Made by a program: the position numbers and the translations under genes. Under the pieces are notes generated by a model that worked only from the letters and a program-made list of their open reading frames with translations, made no database searches and was not told the DNA's origin. Source: Candidatus Oxydemutatoraceae bacterium (GTDB taxonomy: Bacteria > Pseudomonadota > Gammaproteobacteria > Poriferisulfidales > Oxydemutatoraceae). Taken from it: a stretch of DNA of 64,000 bases. Positions 40,213 to 49,324 of the stretch are shown in pieces. Position 1 is the first letter of the stretch, and every line of letters begins with the position of its first letter. The stretch is taken from positions 1,868,769 through 1,932,768 of the forward strand of contig OZ244779.1 of NCBI GenBank assembly GCA_965219575.1, read 5' to 3'.

Positions 40213-40673
40213 TTCCCCTCCTGTGGAGGGGTGGCCTATGCATTTTGCAATGCATGCGTTTAGCAGTCATGCTGAGGTTCTGAACAAAGTCACGCCGATT
40301 GACCTACTGGAGCAATCGGCGGTTCTATTCAGCCTGACGGGGTGGTTGCTGCGTGGGGCTGTTGAAAAAGTAAGGGTGTCGCTCAAACCCAATCGCTGTG
40401 CGCCGTGAATATTTGCAAACCACCTGTAGGGGCGGACTTGCATGTCCGCCCGTAACGCATTGGTCGACACGATTTGCACATTCATCCATCCAATTGTATG
40501 GAAACCAAAACCAAATGGCACAAGCAGTTGGGTTTGTGCAGAACGGTACTTGAGGGCAAACATCATAATTGCCGATTGACCTACTGGCTCAATCGGCGAC
40601 TTTATATTGCCGATTGACCTACCGGCTCAATCGGCGGCTTTATATTGCCGATTGACCTACCGGCTCAATCGGC
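40213..40673 (+). repeat. Nested composite REP/MITE-like repeat cluster
   Basis: Expanded CCCCTCC..GGAGGGG element 40213-40348; TIR 40355-40372; GTAG-REP 40426-40451; three 38-bp hairpins at 40571, 40609 and 40647. Confidence 0.85.
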
Positions 40674-40687
40674 GACTCCATTTGTCA

Positions 40688-42073
40688 TTACGATGCGATT
40701 CGTAAATACGGAGCCAGTTTGTGTCGCGCAACATAGAGTAGCAACAAGCTGGGAACGACCATCACCGTTGTCAAAATAAAAAACTGCATCCAATCGCCGT
40801 CTAAGAAATCAACGAGTTGTCCGCTGTGCGCCGATAGCGTAGTACGCGATAGGTTTCCCAGAGAAGCGAGTAGCGCATACTGGGTTGCCGTATAAACACG
40901 ACCGCACAGCTGCGATATAAAAGCGACAAAAGCAACCGTAGAAATTGCCGTGGTGAATTGATCGCCGATCACCGCCACTGCAAATAACCGTGTGTCCGGT
41001 CCTACTGCGGCGAGTAGCGCAAACAGTAGATTGGTGGTAGCCATAGCAATCCCGCAAATTATCAAACCTTTGAACAAACCGTAACGCACGCTTAAAATGC
41101 TCCCTATTATAGAAAATGCAATGATGCTACCCCAACCGACTAATTTAGAGTATGTAGCAATCTGGGTTTCGTCAAAGCCGACTTCGGAATAGAACAACAA
41201 AGACATGCGCCCCAAAAAGGCTTCTCCTATCTTAAACAGGAATATAAAACCCAGTATCAGTACCGATAAATGTAAACCGTTGCGACCGAAAAAGTCCGCC
41301 AAAGGTTTCCACACCAGAGAAATAAACCACGCCGATAGTGCCGCTAAGGCGGGGGACATATAATGTCGTTTGAGCCAATTCGAGTACAGTGCCGTACGGG
41401 TTTGTGTCTGTAACTGCAATCGCTTATTTGCCGATTTTTCCGGAATCAACATCAACCCGATATTGCTCAAAACAATGATTATCGTCATCAATAAATAACT
41501 CAGGTTCCACGGTTCTGCTACACCGATCTCTTTCAATGCCGCAACCCCGTAGAGTGCGACTGCACCACCGGCGTTATAACCGGTATACCATCCCGCCGTT
41601 GCCATCGCTGCGCCGGCCACAACCAAAGCCTGTTCGTTTTTGGCAACCAACTCGATGCGCAGTGCGTCTATCGCAACATCTTGGGTTGCGGCAGCGGCTG
41701 CAATCACCAAGGCGGTTGCTGCAACATACGCCAGCGAGGTCTGTGCCGAGATAAAATACATCGCAACGGCTGCCGAGAAAATAACAATTTGCATCGTCGC
41801 TATCCACGCTTTGCGCTGACCTATGCGTTTGGATAAAAACGGAATACGCATCGTATCGACCAAAGGTGCCCACAGAAAATTGATTGCGAATACCACAAAC
41901 ACATAACCGAACAAACCGATCGCACTGCGGCTCAAGCCTTCGTCTTTGAGCCATAAAGTCATCATCGAGCCGATCAGTACCCACGGGAAGCCGCTGATCG
42001 TTCCGATTAGGAGTATTTGCAGTACGCGAACATCCCTATACGGTCTTAAGTAATCGAGCCGATTTTTTGACAT
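40688..42073 (-). CDS. ampG: AmpG-like muropeptide MFS transporter
   Basis: SGFP, FLWAPLVD, ATQDVAIDALRIE, YTATQYALLASL. Confidence 0.85.
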   Translation of the reverse strand: MSKNRLDYLRPYRDVRVLQILLIGTISGFPWVLIGSMMTLWLKDEGLSRSAIGLFGYVFVVFAINFLWAPLVDTMRIPFLSKRIGQRKAWIATMQIVIFSAAVAMYFISAQTSLAYVAATALVIAAAAATQDVAIDALRIELVAKNEQALVVAGAAMATAGWYTGYNAGGAVALYGVAALKEIGVAEPWNLSYLLMTIIIVLSNIGLMLIPEKSANKRLQLQTQTRTALYSNWLKRHYMSPALAALSAWFISLVWKPLADFFGRNGLHLSVLILGFIFLFKIGEAFLGRMSLLFYSEVGFDETQIATYSKLVGWGSIIAFSIIGSILSVRYGLFKGLIICGIAMATTNLLFALLAAVGPDTRLFAVAVIGDQFTTAISTVAFVAFISQLCGRVYTATQYALLASLGNLSRTTLSAHSGQLVDFLDGDWMQFFILTTVMVVPSLLLLYVARHKLAPYLRIAS

Positions 42074-42118
42074 ACCATCTTGCGGTCGAAGACTAATAAA
42101 AGATCATACCGATATATT

Positions 42119-42892
42119 TTAAGAAGTGCTTTTATAATCGATGATCAACGGTGCGTGGTCGGAAAAACGTTTGTCTTTATAGATGCGTGCCGCCTGCGGA
42201 TGATAGGGTGTGCGTGCAGAACTGAGTTGATAGTCGATGCGCCACCCTACATTGTTTTCCCATGCGCGCCCGCGATTAGACCACCAGGTATATTGATCGG
42301 GATCACGACACAGCACTCTGAATGTATCGCAGTAGCCGACATAGTCGAACAAGGTATCCAACCATTGTCTTTCTTCGGGTAGAAAACCCGAGTTTTTTTT
42401 GTTACCCCGCCAGTTTTTTATATCTATCTCCTTGTGTGCGATATTGATGTCGCCGCAAATAATATAATGTCTGCGCCGTCGCTTCAGGCGAATCAAGTGA
42501 TCCATAAAGCTGTCCATGAAACGATATTTTGCCTGTTGACGCGCCTCGCCGGAAGACCCCGACGGCGCATAAACCGAAACCACCGATAAATTACCGAATT
42601 GCCCTTCTAGGTAGCGTCCTTCGTTATCAAACTCGGAATCGCCGTATGCCTTGATAATTTTATCGGGTTTTCGTTTTGAATACAGTGCCACACCGCTATA
42701 ACCCTTTTTTTCGGCACTATGGTAGTGACAATGAAAACGGCTCGGGAAAAACTTCTTGTCGTCGAGTTGCTCGGGCTGTATGCGCAGTTCCTGTAAGCAT
42801 ACGAAATCGGCATTCTGGCGCGCGAGCCAGCGATAAAAACCCTTGCCGGCAGCCGATCGTATGCCGTTGACATTGAGCGTGATAATCCGCAT
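42119..42892 (-). CDS. xth: Exodeoxyribonuclease III
   Basis: NVNGIR, LQE, GD.NIAH, GWRIDY, SDHAP. Confidence 0.9.
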   Translation of the reverse strand: MRIITLNVNGIRSAAGKGFYRWLARQNADFVCLQELRIQPEQLDDKKFFPSRFHCHYHSAEKKGYSGVALYSKRKPDKIIKAYGDSEFDNEGRYLEGQFGNLSVVSVYAPSGSSGEARQQAKYRFMDSFMDHLIRLKRRRRHYIICGDINIAHKEIDIKNWRGNKKNSGFLPEERQWLDTLFDYVGYCDTFRVLCRDPDQYTWWSNRGRAWENNVGWRIDYQLSSARTPYHPQAARIYKDKRFSDHAPLIIDYKSTS

Positions 42893-45800
42893 TATCGGAT
42901 GCGCTTTCTAACATAGTTCTTTAGATCTTCGGTGACCATGTAAAGGCACGGTAGTACGGTAAGTATCAGCACCGTTGCAAAAATCAGCCCGAAACCCAGA
43001 CTGATTGCCATCGGCGATAGAAATTTGGTTTGACCGGTGGCGAAGAAAATCAGCGGCGACACACCCAAGAAGGTCGTAATCGTAGTCAGTATAATCGGAC
43101 GCGCTCGCCTGCACGATGCAGAGATCACCGCCTCCTCACAGCCATAGCCTTGCTCACGACGTTTTTTGACCTGATTCAACATAATCAGAGAGTCGTTGAC
43201 GATAATCCCGCTGAGTGCAACCAATCCGACTACGGACACAAACTGCAAATTATAACCGAGCAACGCATGTCCCATAATCACGCCGATGAAACCGAACGGC
43301 ACGGTGAGCAAAATAAGAACCGGTTCCCGCAAAGTACGAAATAGTACCAGCAGAATCAGAAATATCCCCATAACGGCAACTATACCGGCAACGCGGATAC
43401 CTCTGAACGAATCGTCGGCGCGTTTTTTCGCCCCTCTAAAGACCATATCGTATTCGGGAAGCTGTTCGTATAGCGGTCCGAATTGGCGTGCAACTTGGCC
43501 GTATACTTGAAACGGGGTCAGTTCCTCGCTGTCTACTTCACCGGTAATCGTAACGATGCGACGACCGTCGAGGCGGGTCAAGCGGTTAAAACTACGGTCT
43601 AGCTTGATCGTTGCCACTTCGTTGAGGTAGACCACTCTGCCGTCGGATAAAGTCAACGGTAACTGCATCAGACGATTGCTGTCGTTGCGTATCTCTTCGT
43701 CGAAGATAACTCGTACCGGATAGCGTTCGTCACCCCAGTTGACGTAGACCGCTTTGACACCCAAATAACCGGTGCGTAGTGCATCGGCGACTTGCTGTTG
43801 GGTAAGCCCCAGACGCTGTCCGCGTTCGTTCAACTGATAGCGCACTTCCAGTTTGCCTCTATCCATATCGTGCTGCATATCGTAGACACCGGCGATACCC
43901 CCCAGATAATCTATCATTTCTTCCGCACGATCCTCCAATCTCTCCAGGTCCGAACCTGCGATGCTAATTTCAATATCCGCCCCCGTCGGACCGGCTTCCG
44001 GGCGCACTATCGAAAAACGCTTGACACCGGACATACCCGATACCCGTTCGCGTATTAATACGATAATCTCCTCGACATCGCGCTTGCGAGAACCTTGCTC
44101 GTCAAACTTGAAACTCACCAGCGGCACGATGAAGCGTTCGACAAAAGTCTGTGGTTCTCGCTTGGTCAACGACACGACGAACTGACAGTAGTTGTCGCCG
44201 ACTTTGGATTGCCTGCTGCCACCGCGCCCACTCAATAACACGCCGATATTGCTCAGCATCGTGTTCAATTCGTATTCGTGTCCGTCGAACACCGTGTAGA
44301 TCTCTTTTTCGACGCGCGTCGACAACGCCTCGGTCTCCTCTATGCTGTAATTGCTGGGAGCTTCTATGTTGACGAAAAACTCGTCTACCTCCACATGACC
44401 GAATAGTTGAAAAGGAACGCGCGTTGTCAGAATAATGAGTGCCAATACCAATGTGCAGGTGGCCGTGACAAAAACAAAATATCTGTTGCGCAGACCCCAG
44501 CGTAGATAACGTTTATAGGGTGCCAGTAATTTTTCCCAGTCGACGAAACCTTGCTTTTCATCCTTTGACGGCAGCAGGCTCGATCCCACCGCAGCGGCAC
44601 CTACCGAAAGACTTTTGATACGAGTGCGCGCTTTCAAGAATAAATTCGCATGCGACGGCAACACAAAAAAGGCTTCCAACAAAGAGCCCAACAACGCGGC
44701 ACTGACTACCACCGGAATAACCTTGACGAACTCCCCCATCCTGCCGCCGATGGCGAGCAACGGTAAAAAGGCAATGACCGTAGTCAAGGTTGCGGCAAGA
44801 ACCGGTGCGACAATCTCGCGCGTCCCGCGCAAAGCCGCCTGTCTAACCGGCATACCCTCCTCTATATAGTGGTGGATATTTTCGGTCACAATAATGGCGT
44901 CGTCGACGATCATTCCCAGCGCAATCAAAAAAGCGAACAAAGACACCATGTTGATCGTGAAACCCAAATAATAAATGCTGATTACGGCAACCAAAAAGGA
45001 AATCGGAATGCCGAAAGCGGTAATCAACGCAACTCTAAAATTCAATAATAAATAAAGCGACGCAAGCAGTAACACCAAGCCGATCAACCCGGACGAGAAA
45101 ACGGTCTTCAATCGGGTGTCTATATAAACCGAGAAATCGTTGTGATAACCGACTTGTATCGCCGCCGGGAGCAGGTCGGGTATCTCTTCCTTCACCAACC
45201 TCCTGATCTCTGCTGCAATATCGTTGGTAGACGCTCTCACATCTTTGGTTACGACCAAGTTCAACGATTGCAATCCCGAAAATCGCCCTTGGGTTTGTAC
45301 GGTTTCAAGTGTCATTTCCACATCGGCAATATCGCCTATTCGTAATTGACCTCCGTCTCTATTGGTTCTAATAGCGATATCCTTAACCGCCTGCACATTA
45401 TCGGCGACACTCATTCCACGCAGTTGTATATCGCCCTCCAGGGCGGACAAAGAACCGCCCGGACGATCTCCCAGATTCGATGCCAACGCATTGCGAATTT
45501 CTTCCAGAGAAACCTCTTTGGCAGCGATTTCATAGGGGTCTACAACCACCCAAACTTCGGTATCGCGCTCGCCGGCGATATTTACCCCGCCGACTCCCTC
45601 GACTTTCTGTATCGCTTCCTTGACTATCTCGCTGGCGCGGATGAGCTCGGCTTCGCCGACATCACCGTAGACACTGACACTGATAACCGGAAAATTACTC
45701 TTACGACGAGAGATACGCGGCGTTTCTATGTCGTCGGGCAGATCTTCTATCGAGTCGACTTCAATTTCCACATTGCGCACTACCTCCTCTACATCGACAC

Positions 45801-46086
45801 CCGGTTTGAGGTCCAAGTAAATGCGCGAAACTCCCTCGAGGCTGACAGACTGCAATTCGTCTATCTCGCTGATATCGTCGACCTCGTCTTCTATCGGGAT
45901 AGTCAGTTGACGCTCGACTTCAACCGGTGGAGCACCCTCGAAATCGGTCTCTATAGAAATCGTATCCGATTCGATTACCGGAAACATTTCTTGCGGCATC
46001 GCCCGCCACGACAAAATACCGACGACTATAATCGACAGTAGTAAGAAGTTGGTGATGATGGGGTTTTTGATAAAGTACTCAACCAT
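42892..46086 (-). CDS. RND efflux permease (AcrB/AcrD/AcrF family)
   Basis: 1064 aa; GMIVDDAIIVTEN, GIIVNDSL, RARPIILTT. Confidence 0.92.
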   Translation of the reverse strand: MVEYFIKNPIITNFLLLSIIVVGILSWRAMPQEMFPVIESDTISIETDFEGAPPVEVERQLTIPIEDEVDDISEIDELQSVSLEGVSRIYLDLKPGVDVEEVVRNVEIEVDSIEDLPDDIETPRISRRKSNFPVISVSVYGDVGEAELIRASEIVKEAIQKVEGVGGVNIAGERDTEVWVVVDPYEIAAKEVSLEEIRNALASNLGDRPGGSLSALEGDIQLRGMSVADNVQAVKDIAIRTNRDGGQLRIGDIADVEMTLETVQTQGRFSGLQSLNLVVTKDVRASTNDIAAEIRRLVKEEIPDLLPAAIQVGYHNDFSVYIDTRLKTVFSSGLIGLVLLLASLYLLLNFRVALITAFGIPISFLVAVISIYYLGFTINMVSLFAFLIALGMIVDDAIIVTENIHHYIEEGMPVRQAALRGTREIVAPVLAATLTTVIAFLPLLAIGGRMGEFVKVIPVVVSAALLGSLLEAFFVLPSHANLFLKARTRIKSLSVGAAAVGSSLLPSKDEKQGFVDWEKLLAPYKRYLRWGLRNRYFVFVTATCTLVLALIILTTRVPFQLFGHVEVDEFFVNIEAPSNYSIEETEALSTRVEKEIYTVFDGHEYELNTMLSNIGVLLSGRGGSRQSKVGDNYCQFVVSLTKREPQTFVERFIVPLVSFKFDEQGSRKRDVEEIIVLIRERVSGMSGVKRFSIVRPEAGPTGADIEISIAGSDLERLEDRAEEMIDYLGGIAGVYDMQHDMDRGKLEVRYQLNERGQRLGLTQQQVADALRTGYLGVKAVYVNWGDERYPVRVIFDEEIRNDSNRLMQLPLTLSDGRVVYLNEVATIKLDRSFNRLTRLDGRRIVTITGEVDSEELTPFQVYGQVARQFGPLYEQLPEYDMVFRGAKKRADDSFRGIRVAGIVAVMGIFLILLVLFRTLREPVLILLTVPFGFIGVIMGHALLGYNLQFVSVVGLVALSGIIVNDSLIMLNQVKKRREQGYGCEEAVISASCRRARPIILTTITTFLGVSPLIFFATGQTKFLSPMAISLGFGLIFATVLILTVLPCLYMVTEDLKNYVRKRIR

Positions 46087-46120
46087 GACAATATATATTC
46101 CTAGAGATTATAAATGAGAA

Positions 46121-46981
46121 TTATTGTATACCCAAACTATGCGGTTTTGGATAGATTGCCGGCAAATCGTCGCACCGAATCTGGAATTCCCGCTCATTTC
46201 CACCTTCGAGGCGATACGCAGTCAGGCAACCGCCCCAGACACATCCGGAATCGAGTGCGATATATGACTTCATCCTTCGATATCCGAGTGCCGCCCAGTG
46301 CCCGAATAGCACCGTATAATCGGGGTCTCGTTCGTGCGCAAGCGTATACCACGGATACAGTCCCGGAGGATGTTCGCCCGGTGGGGTCTTGGCACGAAAA
46401 TCCATACGCCCCCGAGCATCGCAAAAACGAATACCGGTCATTGCATTGACGGTAATCACCGAACGCTCGATACCTTGCAAATGGTCTTCCCATAATTTCG
46501 GCGTATTTTTTTGGTTGAGTAGTTGCTTTAGAAAAATTTTTCGGTCGGGACTTTGTAATTGTTGGCGGACATGCTCCGCTAATTGCACTGCCAATGTTAT
46601 ATCCCATTGCGGTAACAAACCGGCATGGACGAGTATCAGTTTTCTTTGATGATCAACCCTCAATAACGGTTGCCTTGCGACCCATTCGAGCAGAAGGTCG
46701 GCATCGGGTGCATCGAGTACCGCATCGAGCGTGCTTTTAGATCTTGCTATTAACCCGTCGGCAAGTTTGAGCAAATGCAACTCGTGATTGCCGAGTACCC
46801 ATTTTGCTTTATTCCCCAAACTCCTGACGAAATTCAGCGTCTCTAAAGATTGCGCACCTCGGTTGACAATATCACCGGCGAACCATAGCTCGTCTTCGGC
46901 AGGGTCGTAGTTAATGTGGTCGAGCAGACGACACAACGCATCATAACATCCCTGGACATCGCCGATTGCGTATAAACTCAT
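46121..46981 (-). CDS. apaH: Symmetrical Ap4A hydrolase
   Basis: GDVQGC, GDIVNRG, LGNHE, VHAG, FGHWAAL, LDSGCVWG. Confidence 0.95.
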   Translation of the reverse strand: MSLYAIGDVQGCYDALCRLLDHINYDPAEDELWFAGDIVNRGAQSLETLNFVRSLGNKAKWVLGNHELHLLKLADGLIARSKSTLDAVLDAPDADLLLEWVARQPLLRVDHQRKLILVHAGLLPQWDITLAVQLAEHVRQQLQSPDRKIFLKQLLNQKNTPKLWEDHLQGIERSVITVNAMTGIRFCDARGRMDFRAKTPPGEHPPGLYPWYTLAHERDPDYTVLFGHWAALGYRRMKSYIALDSGCVWGGCLTAYRLEGGNEREFQIRCDDLPAIYPKPHSLGIQ

Positions 46982-47003
46982 CGGGTATTTTTAGTTTGCA
47001 TCA

Positions 47004-47426
47004 TTTCCCTCCTTGTAGGGGGTGGCATGTCTGCACCAGTACATTCCCCTCCTTTGGAGGGGTGGCCTATGCATTTTGCAATGCATGCGTTTAGCAGTCA
47101 TGTTGAGGTTCTGAACGAAGTCACGCCGATTGACCTACCGGAGCAATCGGCGGTTCTATTCAGCCTGACGGGGTGGTTGTCAAATATGGAAACCATTATC
47201 GTGTGGCGCAAGCGGTTACGGCTGTGCAGAACGATACTTAAGGGCAGACATCAGAATTGCCGATTGACCTACCGGCTCAATCGGCGGCTTTATCCTGCCC
47301 CTACAGGTGGGTTGGATAATTATGTGGCGCATAGCGGTTGCAATTGTGCAAACACAGTACTTTTTCAACAGCCCCGTCGTATCTGCACAGTGTAACAACG
47401 ATCGACCTACTGGCACACTCGGCGAC
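47004..47426 (+). repeat. Second nested composite REP/MITE-like cluster
   Basis: Expanded GGAG element 47044-47179, nearly identical to 40213-40348; GTAG-REP 47242-47304 with one hairpin in its loop; TIR 47358-47375; degenerate hairpin near 47399. Confidence 0.85.
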
Positions 47427-47804
47427 TCAATGTATGGTGCGCGGTGCCGACAGCAAAAATTCTTTTATTTCGGCATCAAATTCCGAACCGTCTTCGGCGA
47501 GCATCTTATAGCTTCCGCGCATCGTTCCGAACGGTGTTTCCAATACCGTCCCGCTGGTATAGGAAAAACGAGTACCCGGATGCAAATAAGGCTGTTCTCC
47601 AACTACCCCTTCACCTTTAACTTCTTGCACTTTTTGGTTTGAATCGGTAATAACCCAATGCCTAGAAATCAACTGAGCCGAGATATTTCCTTTGTTTTCA
47701 ATCGTAACCGTATATACGAAAACATATCGGTCTTCCGAGGAATCGGATTGCTCTTCTAAGTACTGTGTTTCTACATTAATTTCTATGTCTTTACCGGGTG
47801 GCAT
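47427..47804 (-). CDS. apaG: ApaG protein
   Basis: AQLISRHWVITD, GEGVVGEQP, YTSG. Confidence 0.95.
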   Translation of the reverse strand: MPPGKDIEINVETQYLEEQSDSSEDRYVFVYTVTIENKGNISAQLISRHWVITDSNQKVQEVKGEGVVGEQPYLHPGTRFSYTSGTVLETPFGTMRGSYKMLAEDGSEFDAEIKEFLLSAPRTIH

Positions 47805-47805
47805 A

Positions 47806-48585
47806 CTATTTCCTCTGCTTGCGTAGATATTCTAACATGTTTATAAATCGATCGATCTCTAAACTGTCGGCACGGCAATCGGGATCTATTCCTAAACATT
47901 TTAATTCTTCTTTGGCAAATAGTCCGGACAACGCATTTGCCAAGGTTTTGCGCCTACCAGAAAATGCAAGCCGCACAATGCTATCGAGTTCTTTTAATTC
48001 CGATTGCCGAAGCGTAGGTTGCGGCTTAAAACGAACAAAGGTGGATACGACTTTGGGGGACGGCGCAAAGGCTTGCGGCGAAACATCGAAAAGCGCGTCT
48101 ATTTCAAAACAGCATCGCGCTACGACACTCAACCTGCCGTATTGTTTGTCGGCAGCCGATGCAGTTAATCTTTGAACGACTTCGCGCTGCAACATGAGGT
48201 GCATATCGATGATAAGGTCTTGAAACGAGGCAAGATGAAAAATCAATGCGGTCGATATATTGTACGGAAGATTACCGACTAAACGCACCGGCTGCTTTCC
48301 TAAAAGTTCCGCGAAATCCATTTTAAGTGCGTCGGCGCAATGTACTCGTAGTTTCGGATATCGTACGGTTTTTAGTTCCAAATCACTTGCCAGATCGCGA
48401 TCTATCTCCACGACATGTATTAGAGAAACCCGATCGTGCAAAGGATAAGTCAAAGCACCTTCACCGGGACCTATCTCCACAATCGTGTCCTTGGGTGCGG
48501 GGGAAATCGCAGAAATGATGCGAGAAATAATGTTAGAGTCGGATAAGAAATGCTGCCCGAAACGTTTGCGAGGATACCGTGCCAT
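47806..48585 (-). CDS. rsmA: 16S rRNA dimethyltransferase
   Basis: KRFGQHFL, EIGPGEG, NLPYNIST. Confidence 0.96.
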   Translation of the reverse strand: MARYPRKRFGQHFLSDSNIISRIISAISPAPKDTIVEIGPGEGALTYPLHDRVSLIHVVEIDRDLASDLELKTVRYPKLRVHCADALKMDFAELLGKQPVRLVGNLPYNISTALIFHLASFQDLIIDMHLMLQREVVQRLTASAADKQYGRLSVVARCCFEIDALFDVSPQAFAPSPKVVSTFVRFKPQPTLRQSELKELDSIVRLAFSGRRKTLANALSGLFAKEELKCLGIDPDCRADSLEIDRFINMLEYLRKQRK

Positions 48586-48652
48586 AGCCCATTCAATTTA
48601 GTCTGCTTTATCAACGAGTGCTTTATTGTATACGACGAAGGCATTGCATCCG

Positions 48653-48661
48653 TGTTATAAT
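48653..48661 (+). promoter_or_regulatory. Extended -10 promoter of ssrA
   Basis: TGt-TATAAT 11 nt upstream of the mature tmRNA 5' end. Confidence 0.6.
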
Positions 48662-48672
48662 GCCTGCTTTAC

Positions 48673-49030
48673 GGGGGCGATCTTGGTTTCGACGGATATT
48701 ATGAAACTTGAGGTGCATGTCGAGCAGGTAAGAAACTCGTTAAACTTTTTGCGCAAAATTAGTTGCCAATCAACAAGACAACTACGCATTAGCGGCCTAA
48801 ACAACCGGCTATGCCTCCTCTCTTGGGGTGCTTGTAACTTAAGCAGAGGAGTCGATCAACAAGCTCGCGTGCGAATAGACTCGAAGTTCAAGCGTTAAAT
48901 CTTCATTCGAGGAAGCCGACTACTCAGCCTGTTTGCCGGCCGTAGACGGTGTGATTAAAGACGAACTAAACATGTAGTACCGAGAGCGGAATGTATGCGG
49001 ACGCGGGTTCAATTCCCGCCGCCTCCACCA
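48673..49030 (+). ncRNA. ssrA: tmRNA
   Basis: 5' GGGGGCGA..GGTTTCGAC; tag ORF 48765-48800 encodes ANQQDNYALAA*; 3' T-arm GCGGGTTCAATTCCCGC and CCACCA end. Confidence 0.97.
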
Positions 49031-49053
49031 CCGAATATACATCATCGGCTAAG

Positions 49054-49185
49054 CTACCCCGTCAGGCTCAATAGAACCGCCGATTGAACCGGTAGGTCAA
49101 TCGGCGTGACTTTGTTCAGAACCTCATCATGACTTCTAGACGCATGCATTGTAAAATGCATAGGTCACCCCTCCGAAGGAGGGGA
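49054..49185 (-). repeat. Third copy (inverted) of the expanded GGAG-type element
   Basis: Reverse complement of 40213-40348 with few substitutions. Confidence 0.88.
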
Positions 49186-49186
49186 G

Positions 49187-49324
49187 TTAACTACAGCCGA
49201 AAGAACTAAGTAATAGCTGATTTCTCAAAGCCGTACAGTAATCGTCACCTAAACTGTTGCCACTTAAATCCAACCCCTGCAGACTAGTTAGACTGCTAAA
49301 GATACCCGATGGGAGCGAAATCAA
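49187..49324 (-). other. Orphan LRR + C-cap cassette in frame after the stop codon of the LRR gene
   Basis: Hand translation LISLPSGIFSSLTSLQGLDLSGNSLGDDYCTALRNQLLLSSFGCS*; paralogous to the last LRR and cap of 49325-54658. Confidence 0.85.

Noticed and set aside
40184-40566. Similar short ORFs at 40184, 40267, 47027, 54797 and 55095
   Set aside because: They are translations of non-coding repeat DNA, with inconsistent starts and stops between copies.
42119-42892. Crc catabolite repression protein
   Set aside because: The catalytic SDH motif is intact, which fits an active exonuclease III.
48626-48898. 90-aa ORF
   Set aside because: It overlaps the tmRNA; only the tag peptide, in a different frame, is credible.
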